Notes under the pieces: generated by a model
The model's input: only the letters and a program-made list of their open reading frames with translations
What the model was told of the DNA's origin: nothing
The model's database searches: none
Translations under genes and position numbers: made by a program
Shown: piece after piece, positions 8,686 to 18,210 of the stretch
Layout: every line of letters begins with the position of its first letter
Position numbering within the stretch: the first letter of the stretch is position 1
Assembly (NCBI GenBank): GCA_963821915.1
Contig: CAWGFS010000017.1
Span: 8,178 to 72,177 of the forward strand
Direction: 5' to 3'
Length of the DNA stretch: 64,000 bases
Origin: an uncultured Verrucomicrobiae bacterium
Lineage (GTDB): Bacteria > Verrucomicrobiota > Verrucomicrobiia > Chthoniobacterales > UBA10450

Positions 8686-10000
8686 ATGAAATTTTCCAGG
8701 ACTTGCATCGCTCTCGCCTCGATCGTTATCGTCCCTTCTAGCTCGCCAGGACAAGCGACACCGCAGCCGACGCAATCAGGAATCGATTCGGCCGATCGAC
8801 TCTTTCAGGTTGGGAAGTTTGCCGAGGCTGGAGAAACTTTACTCGCAGAATCGTCACTCAAAAGCCCAACGACTATTCGGCAACGCTGCAGTTGGGTCGC
8901 ATCGCATTGCTTTCCAACCGGCTGGACGATGCGCAGAAATGGCTGGAAAAAGCCATCACCCTGCAGCCAAGTGACACCGACGCCAAAGGTCATGCTGGCC
9001 GAAGCGTTTTATCGCCGCGACGATTTCCAAAAGGCGGCGGCTTCGCTGAACGGCGTCGACGTAAGCAGCAACAAGCTGATTATTTCGCAGTATCCGACCT
9101 CAACGTTGCGAAGTTGGAGAGCTTCAAGGGCCAGACGCCCTATGAATTGCATGGCAACGGGACAAGTACGCGTCTGAAGTTCGTAAAAACCGATCCGCTG
9201 CCGGTGGTTACCGTGCGCGTAAACGGCGGCGACGAAGTCACCTTCTTCATCGATACCGGGGGTTCGGAGGTCGCGCTCGATACGGACTTCGCCAAGGAGC
9301 TTGGCGTCCCGCAATTCGGCACGGTACAAGGCACGTTTTCCGGCGGCCAGCACGCTGAGGTCCAGCATGGGCGGATTGAGTCACTCACCCTCGGCGACTG
9401 GACCATCAAGAACCTGCCCACGGCAATGCTTCCCTTGCGCCAGCTCTCGGAAGGGATTCGGCGTGAAACGAATCGACGGAATCATCGGGACTACTCTGTT
9501 TTACCATTTCCTGACGACGATGGATTATCCACGCGGCGAGCTTGTGCTGCGCCGGAAAGACGCCAAAAGCCTGGAACAGTTTACAACGTCATCAGGCAAA
9601 GAGAGTCGTCGTTCCTATCTGGATGGCGAGCGATCACTTCATGGTGGGCTGGGGTCGCGTCGAGACGCTCCCGCCCGCGCTCCTTTTCGTTGACACAGGA
9701 CTGACGGGTGCGGGTGTCAAATTGGCGGAGTCGGTTATCAAGGAAGCCGGGATCAAGCTGGAGGAAAACAAAGCTTCCGAAGGAGCCGGTGGAGGCGGAA
9801 CGCTGAAAATCGTTCCGTACACCGTGCATCAACTTTCCTTCGGAGATATAAAGGAAGAGAACGTCCCGGGTCTCTACGATGGACCGTTCCCGTGGGAAAA
9901 CATGTTTGGTTTTCACCTCGCAGGCATGGTCGGCCACGATTTCTTCAAGCCTTACGCGGTGACCTTTGACTTCCAGAACATGCAGATTTTTCTGCAATAG
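8686..10000 (+). pseudogene. Secreted TPR-repeat plus retropepsin-like (two DTG motifs) aspartyl protease, at least 5 frame disruptions
   Basis: The protein can be followed through ORFs 8602, 8892, 9301 and 9542. It has a signal peptide, TPR-like LGRIALLSNRLDDAQKWLEKAI, then FFIDTGGSEVALD and LLFVDTGLTGAGV. The frame path is f1-f0-f1-f0-f1-f2. Confidence 0.7.
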
Positions 10001-10147
10001 AAACGCTGACTGCAACGAAAGCTTTGGCAGGATTAAGACCGGAGTCAGCGAGCGCGACTATAAGTGCGGCTGACACGGCCTGCGGACGAGTCCTGTAACC
10101 CAATTCCGGTCGCGCCATCCAGTCACGCAACCGATTGCGCCCAGCCC

Positions 10148-10337
10148 GTCGCTTGTGGCAGCATCCCGATCGGCTACGCTTAATTGCGATGTCTCGATAC
10201 GTTTTGGATCACCATTTGGAAGGCGAGAAAAAGCGGCTCGCCTTGATGTCGAGTTTACTTGATCCCACGCACCGGCGACTCATCGAGTCGCTCGGAATCA
10301 GCCATGACGCCCGGGTGCTGGAAGTCGGTTGCGGCAA
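10148..10337 (+). repeat. Direct repeat B, copy 2
   Basis: See 8421-8610. Confidence 0.75.
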
Positions 10338-10965
10338 CGGTTCCATGTCGGCCTGGATGGCTAAGCACATTGATCCCGACGGAAAGGTCGTCGCGCTGGA
10401 TCTTGATCTTTCCCTTGTCGATAATATGCGTGCTCCGGGCGTTGAGTTCCGGCAAGGCGACATCCTCACGGGGCCGGTCGAACCTGGTGGTTTCGACTTC
10501 GTGACGGCACGCGCCGTTCTTCATCACGTGGCCGACACCAAGGCGGCAATTGGCAATCTGGTCGCCAGTCTCAGACCAGGCGGGGCAATTTTGCTCATCG
10601 AACCTGACTTCCTGCCGGTTAGTGTCGCCGAGCCCTTGGAGATACGGACATTCTGGAGTGGGTGGTTAGCCTGGTCGCGAGAGCGGAACATCGATTATCA
10701 CATAGGTCGAACCCTAGCGCCGCAGCTCGCGGCCTGTGGTCTCAAAGAAATTGCAGGCACTGCGGAGACCGCGATCTATAACGGTGGCTCCCCATGGGCC
10801 GATTACTGGCGTGAGACGATCACGGAGCTGCGGGGCGACTTAGTAAAGTCTGGCAAACTCAATGACGCGCTCATCGATGCGTTCCTCGCTCAATGCGCCG
10901 ACCCGAACTGGTGGACCCAGACAATCGCATTTACTGCCGTTCACGCGCGTGCGCGTGATAGTTGA
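10189..10965 (+). CDS. Class I SAM-dependent methyltransferase
   Basis: VLEVGCGNGSMS motif I with an acidic motif II (VVALDLD). The ORF track allows a start from 10135. The internal ATG at 10189 (MSRYVLDHH) is more plausible. Confidence 0.85.
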   Translation: MSRYVLDHHLEGEKKRLALMSSLLDPTHRRLIESLGISHDARVLEVGCGNGSMSAWMAKHIDPDGKVVALDLDLSLVDNMRAPGVEFRQGDILTGPVEPGGFDFVTARAVLHHVADTKAAIGNLVASLRPGGAILLIEPDFLPVSVAEPLEIRTFWSGWLAWSRERNIDYHIGRTLAPQLAACGLKEIAGTAETAIYNGGSPWADYWRETITELRGDLVKSGKLNDALIDAFLAQCADPNWWTQTIAFTAVHARARDS

Positions 10966-11028
10966 CGCGTTGGAGCGGGACGAAAGAAACTACTCAGAGG
11001 ATAAGAGCTTGCGGGTCCCCTGCTGGCT

Positions 11029-11292
11029 TTAGAGACCGCGATAAATCTCCCGCCGATGCCCAATTGCCAGTAGATGAATCTTATTCTTTTCCGAGTCGAA
11101 GGCGTAAATGATTCGATAGTCGCCCACGCGGGTCCGGAACCGATCCGATCCTTTCAGTCGGTGGTGCGGATAGGACCGCAGCCGCAAGCCGATTTCATCG
11201 ATCCTCGCTTCTACCCGTGCGCGGAGGGTCGCTGGCAGCTTAATAAAGACAGCGTCGAAGCTCGCGTAGTAAACCTGGGTTGCCGCGCTCAC
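11029..11292 (-). CDS. RelE/ParE family type II toxin
   Basis: 87 aa. KLPATLRARVEARIDEIG...HRLKGSDRFRTRVGDYRIIYAFDSEKNKIHLLAIGHRREIY is the canonical ParE/RelE fold signature. It overlaps the upstream antitoxin ORF by 4 nt. Confidence 0.85.
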   Translation of the reverse strand: MSAATQVYYASFDAVFIKLPATLRARVEARIDEIGLRLRSYPHHRLKGSDRFRTRVGDYRIIYAFDSEKNKIHLLAIGHRREIYRGL

Positions 11293-11510
11293 GAGCCTTC
11301 AGGCTCGCGCACCCGAGCGCTTTTCCCATCGGCCATGTCGCGTTCGGCCTGGCGGATGGACTGTTCGAACTCGGGTGTGAATTCCAACTCGTCTTCGATG
11401 AAATCGTCGAGCCATTCACGGATTTGACGAAGTTCCGTCCGCGATAGTTTGCGTAGTTCGGATTCCATTCGCTCGACTTTGCTCACACGCCGATGATCGA
11501 ATAAATTCAT
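11289..11510 (-). CDS. Putative antitoxin (addiction-module component) of the ParE toxin
   Basis: Small acidic ORF immediately upstream of and overlapping the toxin (ELRKLSRTELRQIREWLDDFIEDELEFTPEFEQSIRQAERDMADG). The start is ambiguous (11510 or 11468). Confidence 0.6.
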   Translation of the reverse strand: MNLFDHRRVSKVERMESELRKLSRTELRQIREWLDDFIEDELEFTPEFEQSIRQAERDMADGKSARVREPEGS

Positions 11511-11537
11511 TCCGACTTCAAGCGTGACCAGTAACGC

Positions 11538-11602
11538 AGCCGAAGGCGAGGCCGGGCTTTCCCGTAACGGACGCAAAGCAACGGCCGGGCTTTCAAATAC
11601 GA
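11538..11602. repeat. REP-like intergenic element, inverted copy of 497-565
   Basis: The reverse complement reads TTTGAAAGCCCGGCCGTTGCTTTGC...GAAAGCCCGGCCTCGCCTTCGGCT. Confidence 0.55.
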
Positions 11603-11668
11603 TTGATTGTCAGGCCAGAAACCAATCGGATCATACAGGCTTGCCCTCAAGCCGGAATTCGTGATCAA

Positions 11669-12160
11669 ATGCATCGCATTATGTTGAGTGGAAATGGCGA
11701 GATTGCTTTGCGACTAAGCGCCGCTCTTGTTCTCGGAGGCGCGCTCGGTCTAAACCGCGAACTGCACGGTGAACCGGCCGGCTTACGGACCCACGGTTTA
11801 GTCAGCCTTGGAGCGGCCGTGGCCACGATCGTCTCGCTCGGGTTCCCTGGCGACTCGAGACCGATCGATCCAAACGCCGTGAGCAGAGTCCTCCAAGGTA
11901 TTCTCACCGGGATTGGATTTCTCGGCGCGGGCGTAATTCTGCGCGATCCCACCGGTCATGTGACGGGACTTACCACCGCGGCGACCATCTGGATTTGTGC
12001 CGGGCTCGGGGTGGCCAGCGGCCTCGGTTATTGGTCGGTTCTTGGAATCGGGACGGGGCTCACCGCGGTCGTGCTGATCATTGGCAAACCAGTCGAGCAT
12101 CTCGTCGAACGTTTGTTCAACCGAAAAAGCCGATCAAAGCCATCAGACCCTCGGGCCTAG
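11669..12160 (+). CDS. MgtC/SapB family membrane protein
   Basis: LGLNRELHGEPAGLRTHGLVSLGAA is the MgtC N-terminal signature, with 4-5 TM segments. The ORF track starts at 11603 and the ATG at 11669 is more likely. Confidence 0.85.
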   Translation: MHRIMLSGNGEIALRLSAALVLGGALGLNRELHGEPAGLRTHGLVSLGAAVATIVSLGFPGDSRPIDPNAVSRVLQGILTGIGFLGAGVILRDPTGHVTGLTTAATIWICAGLGVASGLGYWSVLGIGTGLTAVVLIIGKPVEHLVERLFNRKSRSKPSDPRA

Positions 12161-12248
12161 GCCCGCGATTGCAGTGGGAACAAAAATGGCGTGGGACCGC
12201 GCACGAGAACATGAGCGGTTTCCGTGAAGCTAAATAGCAAAGGCCGCG

Positions 12249-12665
12249 CTAGCGGCGCGCGATCACGAAGGTCGATGCAGGCTGTTGGGCATAGCTTTCG
12301 GGATAACCCGGTTCACACCCAAAGCGAATGTCCAGAACCGCTGTTCGTGTAGGCCAGTTTGGGACAGTCCAATCGAAAAAGGTGGGCCCCTTGGGGTCCA
12401 ACCACGGGCTGATCCACGCACTGAATGTCCTACCGCCGTCCAACGACAGCCAGACTTCCGCCTCACACGCCCCCAAGTCCACGTGCGGAAGCCTCGATCT
12501 CCACTGAACCCTGAATACCTGCCCAGGGTGCAGCACCTGACCGGCGACCGGCGAAATCAGCTCGGCCGAATATCCGCCTGCCTGTGCACTTGAAGTATTA
12601 ACGAATTGCGGGGCGAAGCTAATCGCCACCGCGGCACTGATAAAAACTAACCCCCGAATGTCCAT
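12249..12665 (-). CDS. Secreted hypothetical protein
   Basis: Signal peptide MDIRGLVFISAAVAISFAPQ followed by a beta-rich domain. No family recognised. Confidence 0.5.
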   Translation of the reverse strand: MDIRGLVFISAAVAISFAPQFVNTSSAQAGGYSAELISPVAGQVLHPGQVFRVQWRSRLPHVDLGACEAEVWLSLDGGRTFSAWISPWLDPKGPTFFDWTVPNWPTRTAVLDIRFGCEPGYPESYAQQPASTFVIARR

Positions 12666-13036
12666 CTCTTTTTGTCCTCCCTTTGATCGGAAACGTGCGG
12701 ACTCAAGAGACACGCTGTCAATTGCTTTTGTCCTTACCTTTTTATCATTCGTCCCTTTACCGGCCAGCCTGCCAGCAGCCAGCGATCTGCTCGCTTTGTC
12801 AGCGTCGACATCCTAAGTGTCGGCGGTCGCAGGCCGCCGCCAGAGCGCAAAAATCTCAGTCAATGCTTAAATGCCGCGCAGCGTGCAGAATGACGCACCC
12901 TAATCGGATTCTTGTGGAGAAAGCTCGCAGCCTTCGAGTAGGGCGATCCCGGTAGTGTTATTCGCGCCGTGCGCGATCGCGGTACAGTTCCCCGGGTGCG
13001 AGAGTTTCGCCAGTATGTAAGGTCAAACTCGTTCGC

Positions 13037-14077
13037 TTAATTCGCTGGCATGCCTATGCGGACTGTTTTGTTGAAGCTATCGGCCACATAGATCGTGGCC
13101 GAAGTGTCCACGGCGATGCCAAGGGGGGAGATGAAGCTCGCGTCGGGGCCGGTGCCATCGCTGCGCCCGACCACCCCCGGCGTTCCAGCCAGTGTCGTTA
13201 CGACCGCGGCAGGAGTTATCTTGCGAATGGTGCGGTTCCCGTCGTCACCCACGTAGAGATTGTCATCCGCATCCACCGCAATCGACCGGGGCCCGGCGAA
13301 AAGGGCCGCCGAGCCAGTGCCATCGGCGCTCCCCGCCACGCCCGCGACGCCTGCGATTGTGGTCACCACGCCCGCCGGAGTAATCTGGCGGATCGTGTCA
13401 TTGAGGCTGTCCGCGACAAAGACGAAGCCCTGGCGGTCCGCGGTCAAAGCATCGGGTTCGTTGAAGCGTGCCTCGCTGCCGGTGCCGTCGGCGCTGCCGG
13501 CTACACCCGCCAGGCCGGCGAGAGTCGTGACCACGCCAGCCGGAGTAATCTTGCGGATCGTGTCGTTATTGTCGTCCGCCACGTAGACATTCCCCGCTCC
13601 GTCCACGGCGGTATCAAAAGCGGTATCGAATCGAGCCTCGCTACCGGTGCCGTCAGCACTGCCACGTTGACCGGCCAGCCCAGCCAGGGTCGTCACCACA
13701 CCTTGCGGCGTCACTTTGCGGACGGTGAAATTATCCTGATCTCCGACGTAAAGGTTTCCGGAGCGGTCGATCGCAATCCCGGCGGGAAAGGCAAATCGTG
13801 CAGCCGTCCGTTTCCCATCCGTGCTGCCTTGCTTGTTTGGGCTACCGGCCAAAACCTTTTGCACGCCATCAAGGCCGACTTTGTAGATCACCTGCCGGAC
13901 CTCATCCAGCACAAAAAGATTACCGGCACGATCGACGGCGACATCTTTGGGTTGCTTGAAATTAGAGGGAGCCAGAGTTGTAATCGTATAGGGCTCGTAA
14001 ACAGTTTGAGCGTGCGCGCCCAAGGCACCTAAGAGTGCGCCGCTAAGTAACAGACACGAAGTCGCCAGGGTTTTCAT
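13037..14077 (-). CDS. NHL-repeat six-bladed beta-propeller protein, secreted
   Basis: Signal peptide plus six repeats of the form P.GIAVD.SGNLYVGD..N.TIRKITP.GVVTTLAG. Confidence 0.85.
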   Translation of the reverse strand: MKTLATSCLLLSGALLGALGAHAQTVYEPYTITTLAPSNFKQPKDVAVDRAGNLFVLDEVRQVIYKVGLDGVQKVLAGSPNKQGSTDGKRTAARFAFPAGIAIDRSGNLYVGDQDNFTVRKVTPQGVVTTLAGLAGQRGSADGTGSEARFDTAFDTAVDGAGNVYVADDNNDTIRKITPAGVVTTLAGLAGVAGSADGTGSEARFNEPDALTADRQGFVFVADSLNDTIRQITPAGVVTTIAGVAGVAGSADGTGSAALFAGPRSIAVDADDNLYVGDDGNRTIRKITPAAVVTTLAGTPGVVGRSDGTGPDASFISPLGIAVDTSATIYVADSFNKTVRIGMPAN

Positions 14078-14234
14078 AAGTAACGTGAGGTTGATCGCTT
14101 TTGATCGAGGAGGTCAATACTTTTTCCGTAACAGTGGCGCGTAAGTCACATCCTCGTTATCTTATTCCCCTCGTTCCCGGGCGCCACTTGATGCCCTGTC
14201 CAGACAAGATTACAAATTCCTATCATTCGCATGA

Positions 14235-15014
14235 TCACGTCCTTGGAGAGGTCATTGTTAGTTTGAGCGTTAACTCACAAACGAGCGGGAAGTGATCTGA
14301 CGCCAGACGCGCGAGCGGCGTGCGATGAACGTTGAGTTGCAGGGGAGATAAAGCGGCGTTCACGAAAATGTGATCAACCGCGAAGGAAGGGAAACGGGTG
14401 GGAAATGTGCGGAATGCCCCCGGCTGCGTAACGAGCGTTCGCACGTCGCGCAGGTGCGTCCCAATGAGCCGGTAAGCGCGAGAGGTCCGGACGCTGTTAA
14501 AATCTCCGAGTAGAATTGCCGGTTCGTCCGGTGAGACAGAGCCGAGCCAAGTCGGTCCAATTAGCAGTTTCGCCTGCAAACTGCGTTCGCTGCGGCCGAG
14601 ACCAAAATGACTGTTGATAATGTGCACTGGACCGAGATCGGTTTCCGCTTGCATCCAGATCACGACCCGCTGCTCGCGGCAGTACCAGGGCGCCGCACCC
14701 GGCATTTCGGCGGCGCTTTTCAGTTCAATCGGGAAGCGACTTACGATGGCGTTGCCGTATTGCTCGTCCCCGTTGCGCATTGCTGGATGAAAGTAATATT
14801 TCCAACCGAGCCGCGTCGCGATCAGCGCCGCCTGGTCGGCGTGGGCGGAGCGCGGTCGGCCGAGATCCAGTTCCTGCAAGCCGACAATGTCGGCCGACAT
14901 GCTCGCGATCACTTCCGCGATGCGATTTTCCGAGCGCTGCCCATCCATCCCGACACAACCGTGGACGTTGTAGGTGGCGACACGTAACCGCCGCCGAATA
15001 GGTTCGCTTGTCAT
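14235..15014 (-). CDS. Endonuclease/exonuclease/phosphatase (EEP) family protein, YbhP-like
   Basis: LRVATYNVHG, LQELD and SDHFPL motifs. It lies immediately downstream of the cardiolipin synthase gene, like E. coli clsB-ybhP. Confidence 0.85.
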   Translation of the reverse strand: MTSEPIRRRLRVATYNVHGCVGMDGQRSENRIAEVIASMSADIVGLQELDLGRPRSAHADQAALIATRLGWKYYFHPAMRNGDEQYGNAIVSRFPIELKSAAEMPGAAPWYCREQRVVIWMQAETDLGPVHIINSHFGLGRSERSLQAKLLIGPTWLGSVSPDEPAILLGDFNSVRTSRAYRLIGTHLRDVRTLVTQPGAFRTFPTRFPSFAVDHIFVNAALSPLQLNVHRTPLARLASDHFPLVCELTLKLTMTSPRT

Positions 15015-15038
15015 TTCCGCCTGAGCATGGACTCGGCG

Positions 15039-16328
15039 CTACATCTGCGAGGCGAGCAGCGATCCGATCCGCCCTTTGATCTTCTCGCCCCAGGGCCTCA
15101 GACACCAATCGTGTAGCGTAACCTCGCGGGAGTGACTCTTGTCCTCTTCGAAGACGCGCGTGTGGGCGGCGACAAATTTCTCATCGAGCACGTTTAGATT
15201 CGCTTCCTCGTTCAGAGACAGGGAGCGGTTGTCCAGATTCGCCGAACCGACAGACGCCCAGCACTCATCCACCAGGAGATATTTGCAGTGAAAACGCGCA
15301 GGCTGGTATTCATAGAAGCGGGCACCCGCTTCCAGCAATCTCCGCCAACGCGTCTTGCCCACCGCACGAACCACCTGTGCGTCAATGTCGGGGCCCGGCG
15401 TGATGATTTCCACTTTCACTCCACGCCGGAGCGCATCGAGCAAGGTCTGCAGGCAGAGTTTGTCCGGAATGAAGTAAGCGTTCGCGATCCGAATGTGACG
15501 ACGGGCGGCAGCGATCGAGATCAGTAACATCAAGCGCGCGCTATCCGAGCCTTCGCCGGCGGAACTTTTGAAGACCTGGCACATATCGTCGCCGGCGGGT
15601 GCGAGTTTCGGAAAGTACTCGTCACCATGAAGCAACTCCGCGCGCGTTTCGAGCCAGTTGTCCATAAAAGCCTGCTGGATCTGCGCGACAGCCGGCCCTT
15701 CGAGACAATAGTGCGAATCACGCCAGCGGCCGTGGGTGCGCCCGTCGCCCTTCCAGTCGTCCGCGATCCCCGTGCCGCCGAGGTAACCTGTGCGTCCATC
15801 AATAACGAGAAGCTTCCGATGCGTGCGGAAATTCATTGCCACATTCATGAAGCGGAAGATTTCCAACTTCACGCCGGCCTGGCGCACCAGGTTCATGGCG
15901 CGTCCTTGAAGGCAATCGCAACCGAGAGCGTCCTGCAGAAAGTGCACCTTCACTCCGGCCCGAGCCCGTTCCGCCAGTGCTTCGGCAAATGCATCCGACA
16001 CTTCGCCTTCTTTGAAGAGGAAGTTCTCGAACGTGATCGTCCGCTGCGCCGAACGGATCGCCTCGAGCAAAGCGGGAAAAATTTGGTCGCCATTTTCGAA
16101 GACGGTCACTTTGTTGCCTTTCAGCAGGGGCGGCCCGAGCAGATTTCCCATCGTCCGCACGAAGACATCGTCTCCGACCCCATAGTCCGTGATGATTTCG
16201 TGATGAATTTTCTTTTCTGAAGGAAAGAAATTGCGAGCGAGAAAGAGCGTGGCCGCTCCGCCAAGAGCGACCCCGCTCAGCACCGTTGGCCATTGTGGTG
16301 GGCAGGAGCGATGAAAACGACTCTTCAC
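15039..16328 (-). CDS. cls: Cardiolipin synthase / phospholipase D family protein
   Basis: Two HKD motifs (HRKLLVIDG and HCKYLLVDE...GSANLDNRS) and an N-terminal TM segment. Confidence 0.85.
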   Translation of the reverse strand: MKSRFHRSCPPQWPTVLSGVALGGAATLFLARNFFPSEKKIHHEIITDYGVGDDVFVRTMGNLLGPPLLKGNKVTVFENGDQIFPALLEAIRSAQRTITFENFLFKEGEVSDAFAEALAERARAGVKVHFLQDALGCDCLQGRAMNLVRQAGVKLEIFRFMNVAMNFRTHRKLLVIDGRTGYLGGTGIADDWKGDGRTHGRWRDSHYCLEGPAVAQIQQAFMDNWLETRAELLHGDEYFPKLAPAGDDMCQVFKSSAGEGSDSARLMLLISIAAARRHIRIANAYFIPDKLCLQTLLDALRRGVKVEIITPGPDIDAQVVRAVGKTRWRRLLEAGARFYEYQPARFHCKYLLVDECWASVGSANLDNRSLSLNEEANLNVLDEKFVAAHTRVFEEDKSHSREVTLHDWCLRPWGEKIKGRIGSLLASQM

Positions 16329-16392
16329 GCAAGAGTATCGGATAGCCCACCGGCTTGGTTCCCTACCCGGCAGGAATTGGGGTCGCGTCTAA

Positions 16393-16505
16393 AAAATTGA
16401 TCCTGTTGCCCTTCGCCCCAAACGCAGCCTTACGACCGTTACCCGGCGGTGCGAAATTTCGCCGAAGAATGAGCCGTTTTCCGGCTCGTTGTTGCGTTAA
16501 GGAGT
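16393..16505 (+). promoter_or_regulatory. Conserved leader upstream of the HG-repeat gene, with the perfect palindrome GCGAAATTTCGC (16451-16462) and a hairpin (16471-16487)
   Basis: About 85-90% identical to 18211-18324, upstream of the paralog. The palindrome and hairpin are retained in both copies. Confidence 0.35.
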
Positions 16506-17675
16506 ATGAAAACATTCTTTTCAAAAAGAAAACTCCAGCTCATGCCGGTGGCAACCATCCTGATCGCCTTGGCAATAACCATCCCCCTGTCTGCGCAAAC
16601 CATCACTGCCTTTGACGCGCCGGGTGCGGGCACGGGCGCCTTTCAGGGCACCTATGCCACCAACATCAACCCGTCTGGGACAATCATAGGATTCAGCCGT
16701 GACGCGAACGATGTGCGGCACGGTTTCGTCCGGTCCCAGGATGGCAGTTACACCATCTTCGACCCGCCGGGTGCGGGCACAGCCGCCTTCCAAGGGACGC
16801 GGGCCTACTCCATCAACTCGAGTGGGACCATGACGGGATACTTCATTGACTCAGTCAATGCGGTCCACGGCTACGTTCGCTCCAGTCAAGGCGTGATTAC
16901 CGTCTTCGATGCGCCGGGCGCGGGCACGGGGCCATTTCCCGAAGGCACCTTTCCTTTCAGCCCCGAAATCATCAACCCGAACGGGGAGATCACAGGATGG
17001 TACACTGACTCGGCCCTCGTGAGTCACGGTTTCATCAGGGATAGTAAGGGCGCCTTTACCACATTCGATGTTCCGGGCGCGGAGGTCGGCCCAGGTACGT
17101 TTCCCTTCGCAATCAGCCCCGGTGGGGAGATCACAGGATTCTACGATAACGGGATCAATGCGAACCACGGCTTCCTGCGGGATAAGAAGGGCGTCATCAC
17201 CACATTCGATGTTCCGGGCGCGGGCACGGGCCTCGGCCAGGGTACTTTTGGCGGGGGCCTTACTCCGAGTGGAGCCGTCATGGGAAACTACCTTGATGCG
17301 GACAATCTGAGTCACGGCTTCGTGATGGATAAGAAGGGCGTCATCACCACGTTCGATGCGCCGGACGCCGGTAACGTCCCAGGATCCTTCCAAGGCACCA
17401 ATCCTTTTGGAATCAATACAAATGGAGCGATCACGGGATGGTATGTTGACGAGGCAAATGTGAGTCACGGGTTCCTGCGCGATAAGCACGGCGCCTTAAT
17501 TGAGTTCGACGTTCCGGGCGCGGGCACAGGCCCCTTCCAGGGTCCGAACGTCTACAGCATTGCTCCGAACGGGGCGATAACCGGATTCTTCTTCGACCCG
17601 AACAATGTGGTTCACGGCTTCGTGCGAGAAGGGGACCGGGGCGCGTTGGGGTTGCCCCAATTTTCCGGACAGTAA
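16506..17675 (+). CDS. Secreted protein made of about 8 tandem 45-residue HG(F/Y)-x-R...FD-x-PGAG repeats (probable beta-propeller), family unassigned
   Basis: Signal peptide, then repeats such as HGFVRSQDGSYTIFDPPGAGTAAFQGTRAYSINSSGTMTGYFIDSVNAV. Intact frame. Confidence 0.75.
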   Translation: MKTFFSKRKLQLMPVATILIALAITIPLSAQTITAFDAPGAGTGAFQGTYATNINPSGTIIGFSRDANDVRHGFVRSQDGSYTIFDPPGAGTAAFQGTRAYSINSSGTMTGYFIDSVNAVHGYVRSSQGVITVFDAPGAGTGPFPEGTFPFSPEIINPNGEITGWYTDSALVSHGFIRDSKGAFTTFDVPGAEVGPGTFPFAISPGGEITGFYDNGINANHGFLRDKKGVITTFDVPGAGTGLGQGTFGGGLTPSGAVMGNYLDADNLSHGFVMDKKGVITTFDAPDAGNVPGSFQGTNPFGINTNGAITGWYVDEANVSHGFLRDKHGALIEFDVPGAGTGPFQGPNVYSIAPNGAITGFFFDPNNVVHGFVREGDRGALGLPQFSGQ

Positions 17676-17836
17676 TTCCTGGCCGACGATGCTACGTAAG
17701 CACGATAGTCTTACTGAATCATCGCCAACGAGAGATTGAAGCCGGCGCTAAGCCCGGTGGACGCGTAAAACCGTCCACCCGGGCGGTTCGGTGCAAACAG
17801 CGCAGGAAGAAAGAATTTTAGTATCAATCCAGTTGT

Positions 17837-18088
17837 GTGCGAGGCGCCGTAGAGGTGCGACAATATATCAACACGGGAGGCGATGAGTTCTGGCTGGACG
17901 CCCCGGCACGGGATGCGTTAGGCTTCGCCGTTATGGCAAGGGTTCGCACCGAGAGGCCCATGCCGTCCCCCGCGGCGCCGTTGACTCCTCTTCGTGTGCG
18001 TGAGGGGAATCATGCCGGGCACAACGATGCCGTCGCGATTAGCGAGATGATGCCGGAGATTTACGAGGGTCAATCGTCGTTCAAATAA
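17837..18088 (+). pseudogene. Truncated 5' fragment of an ECF sigma factor gene (duplicate of the start of 19755-20352)
   Basis: ARVRTERPMPSPAAPLTPL...AISEMMPEIYE parallels the N-terminus of the downstream sigma gene, then diverges and stops. Confidence 0.55.
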
Positions 18089-18210
18089 TGGCGAAATCTT
18101 TGCTAATCTTAATGAGCAAAGGAGACATGGCGAATGGGGAACGGCTAACACCAGAGGTTGAGAGAGCGGAGGAAATTTTTGCCGGGAGAAGCAGACAGGG
18201 TCGCCGCTAA

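Larger units (their letters stand above)
16393..18066 (+). repeat. Tandem segmental duplication, unit 1 (leader + HG-repeat gene + spacer + 5' end of ECF sigma gene)
   Basis: Colinear with 18211-19888 along the whole length, at about 85-90% identity by eye. Confidence 0.8.
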
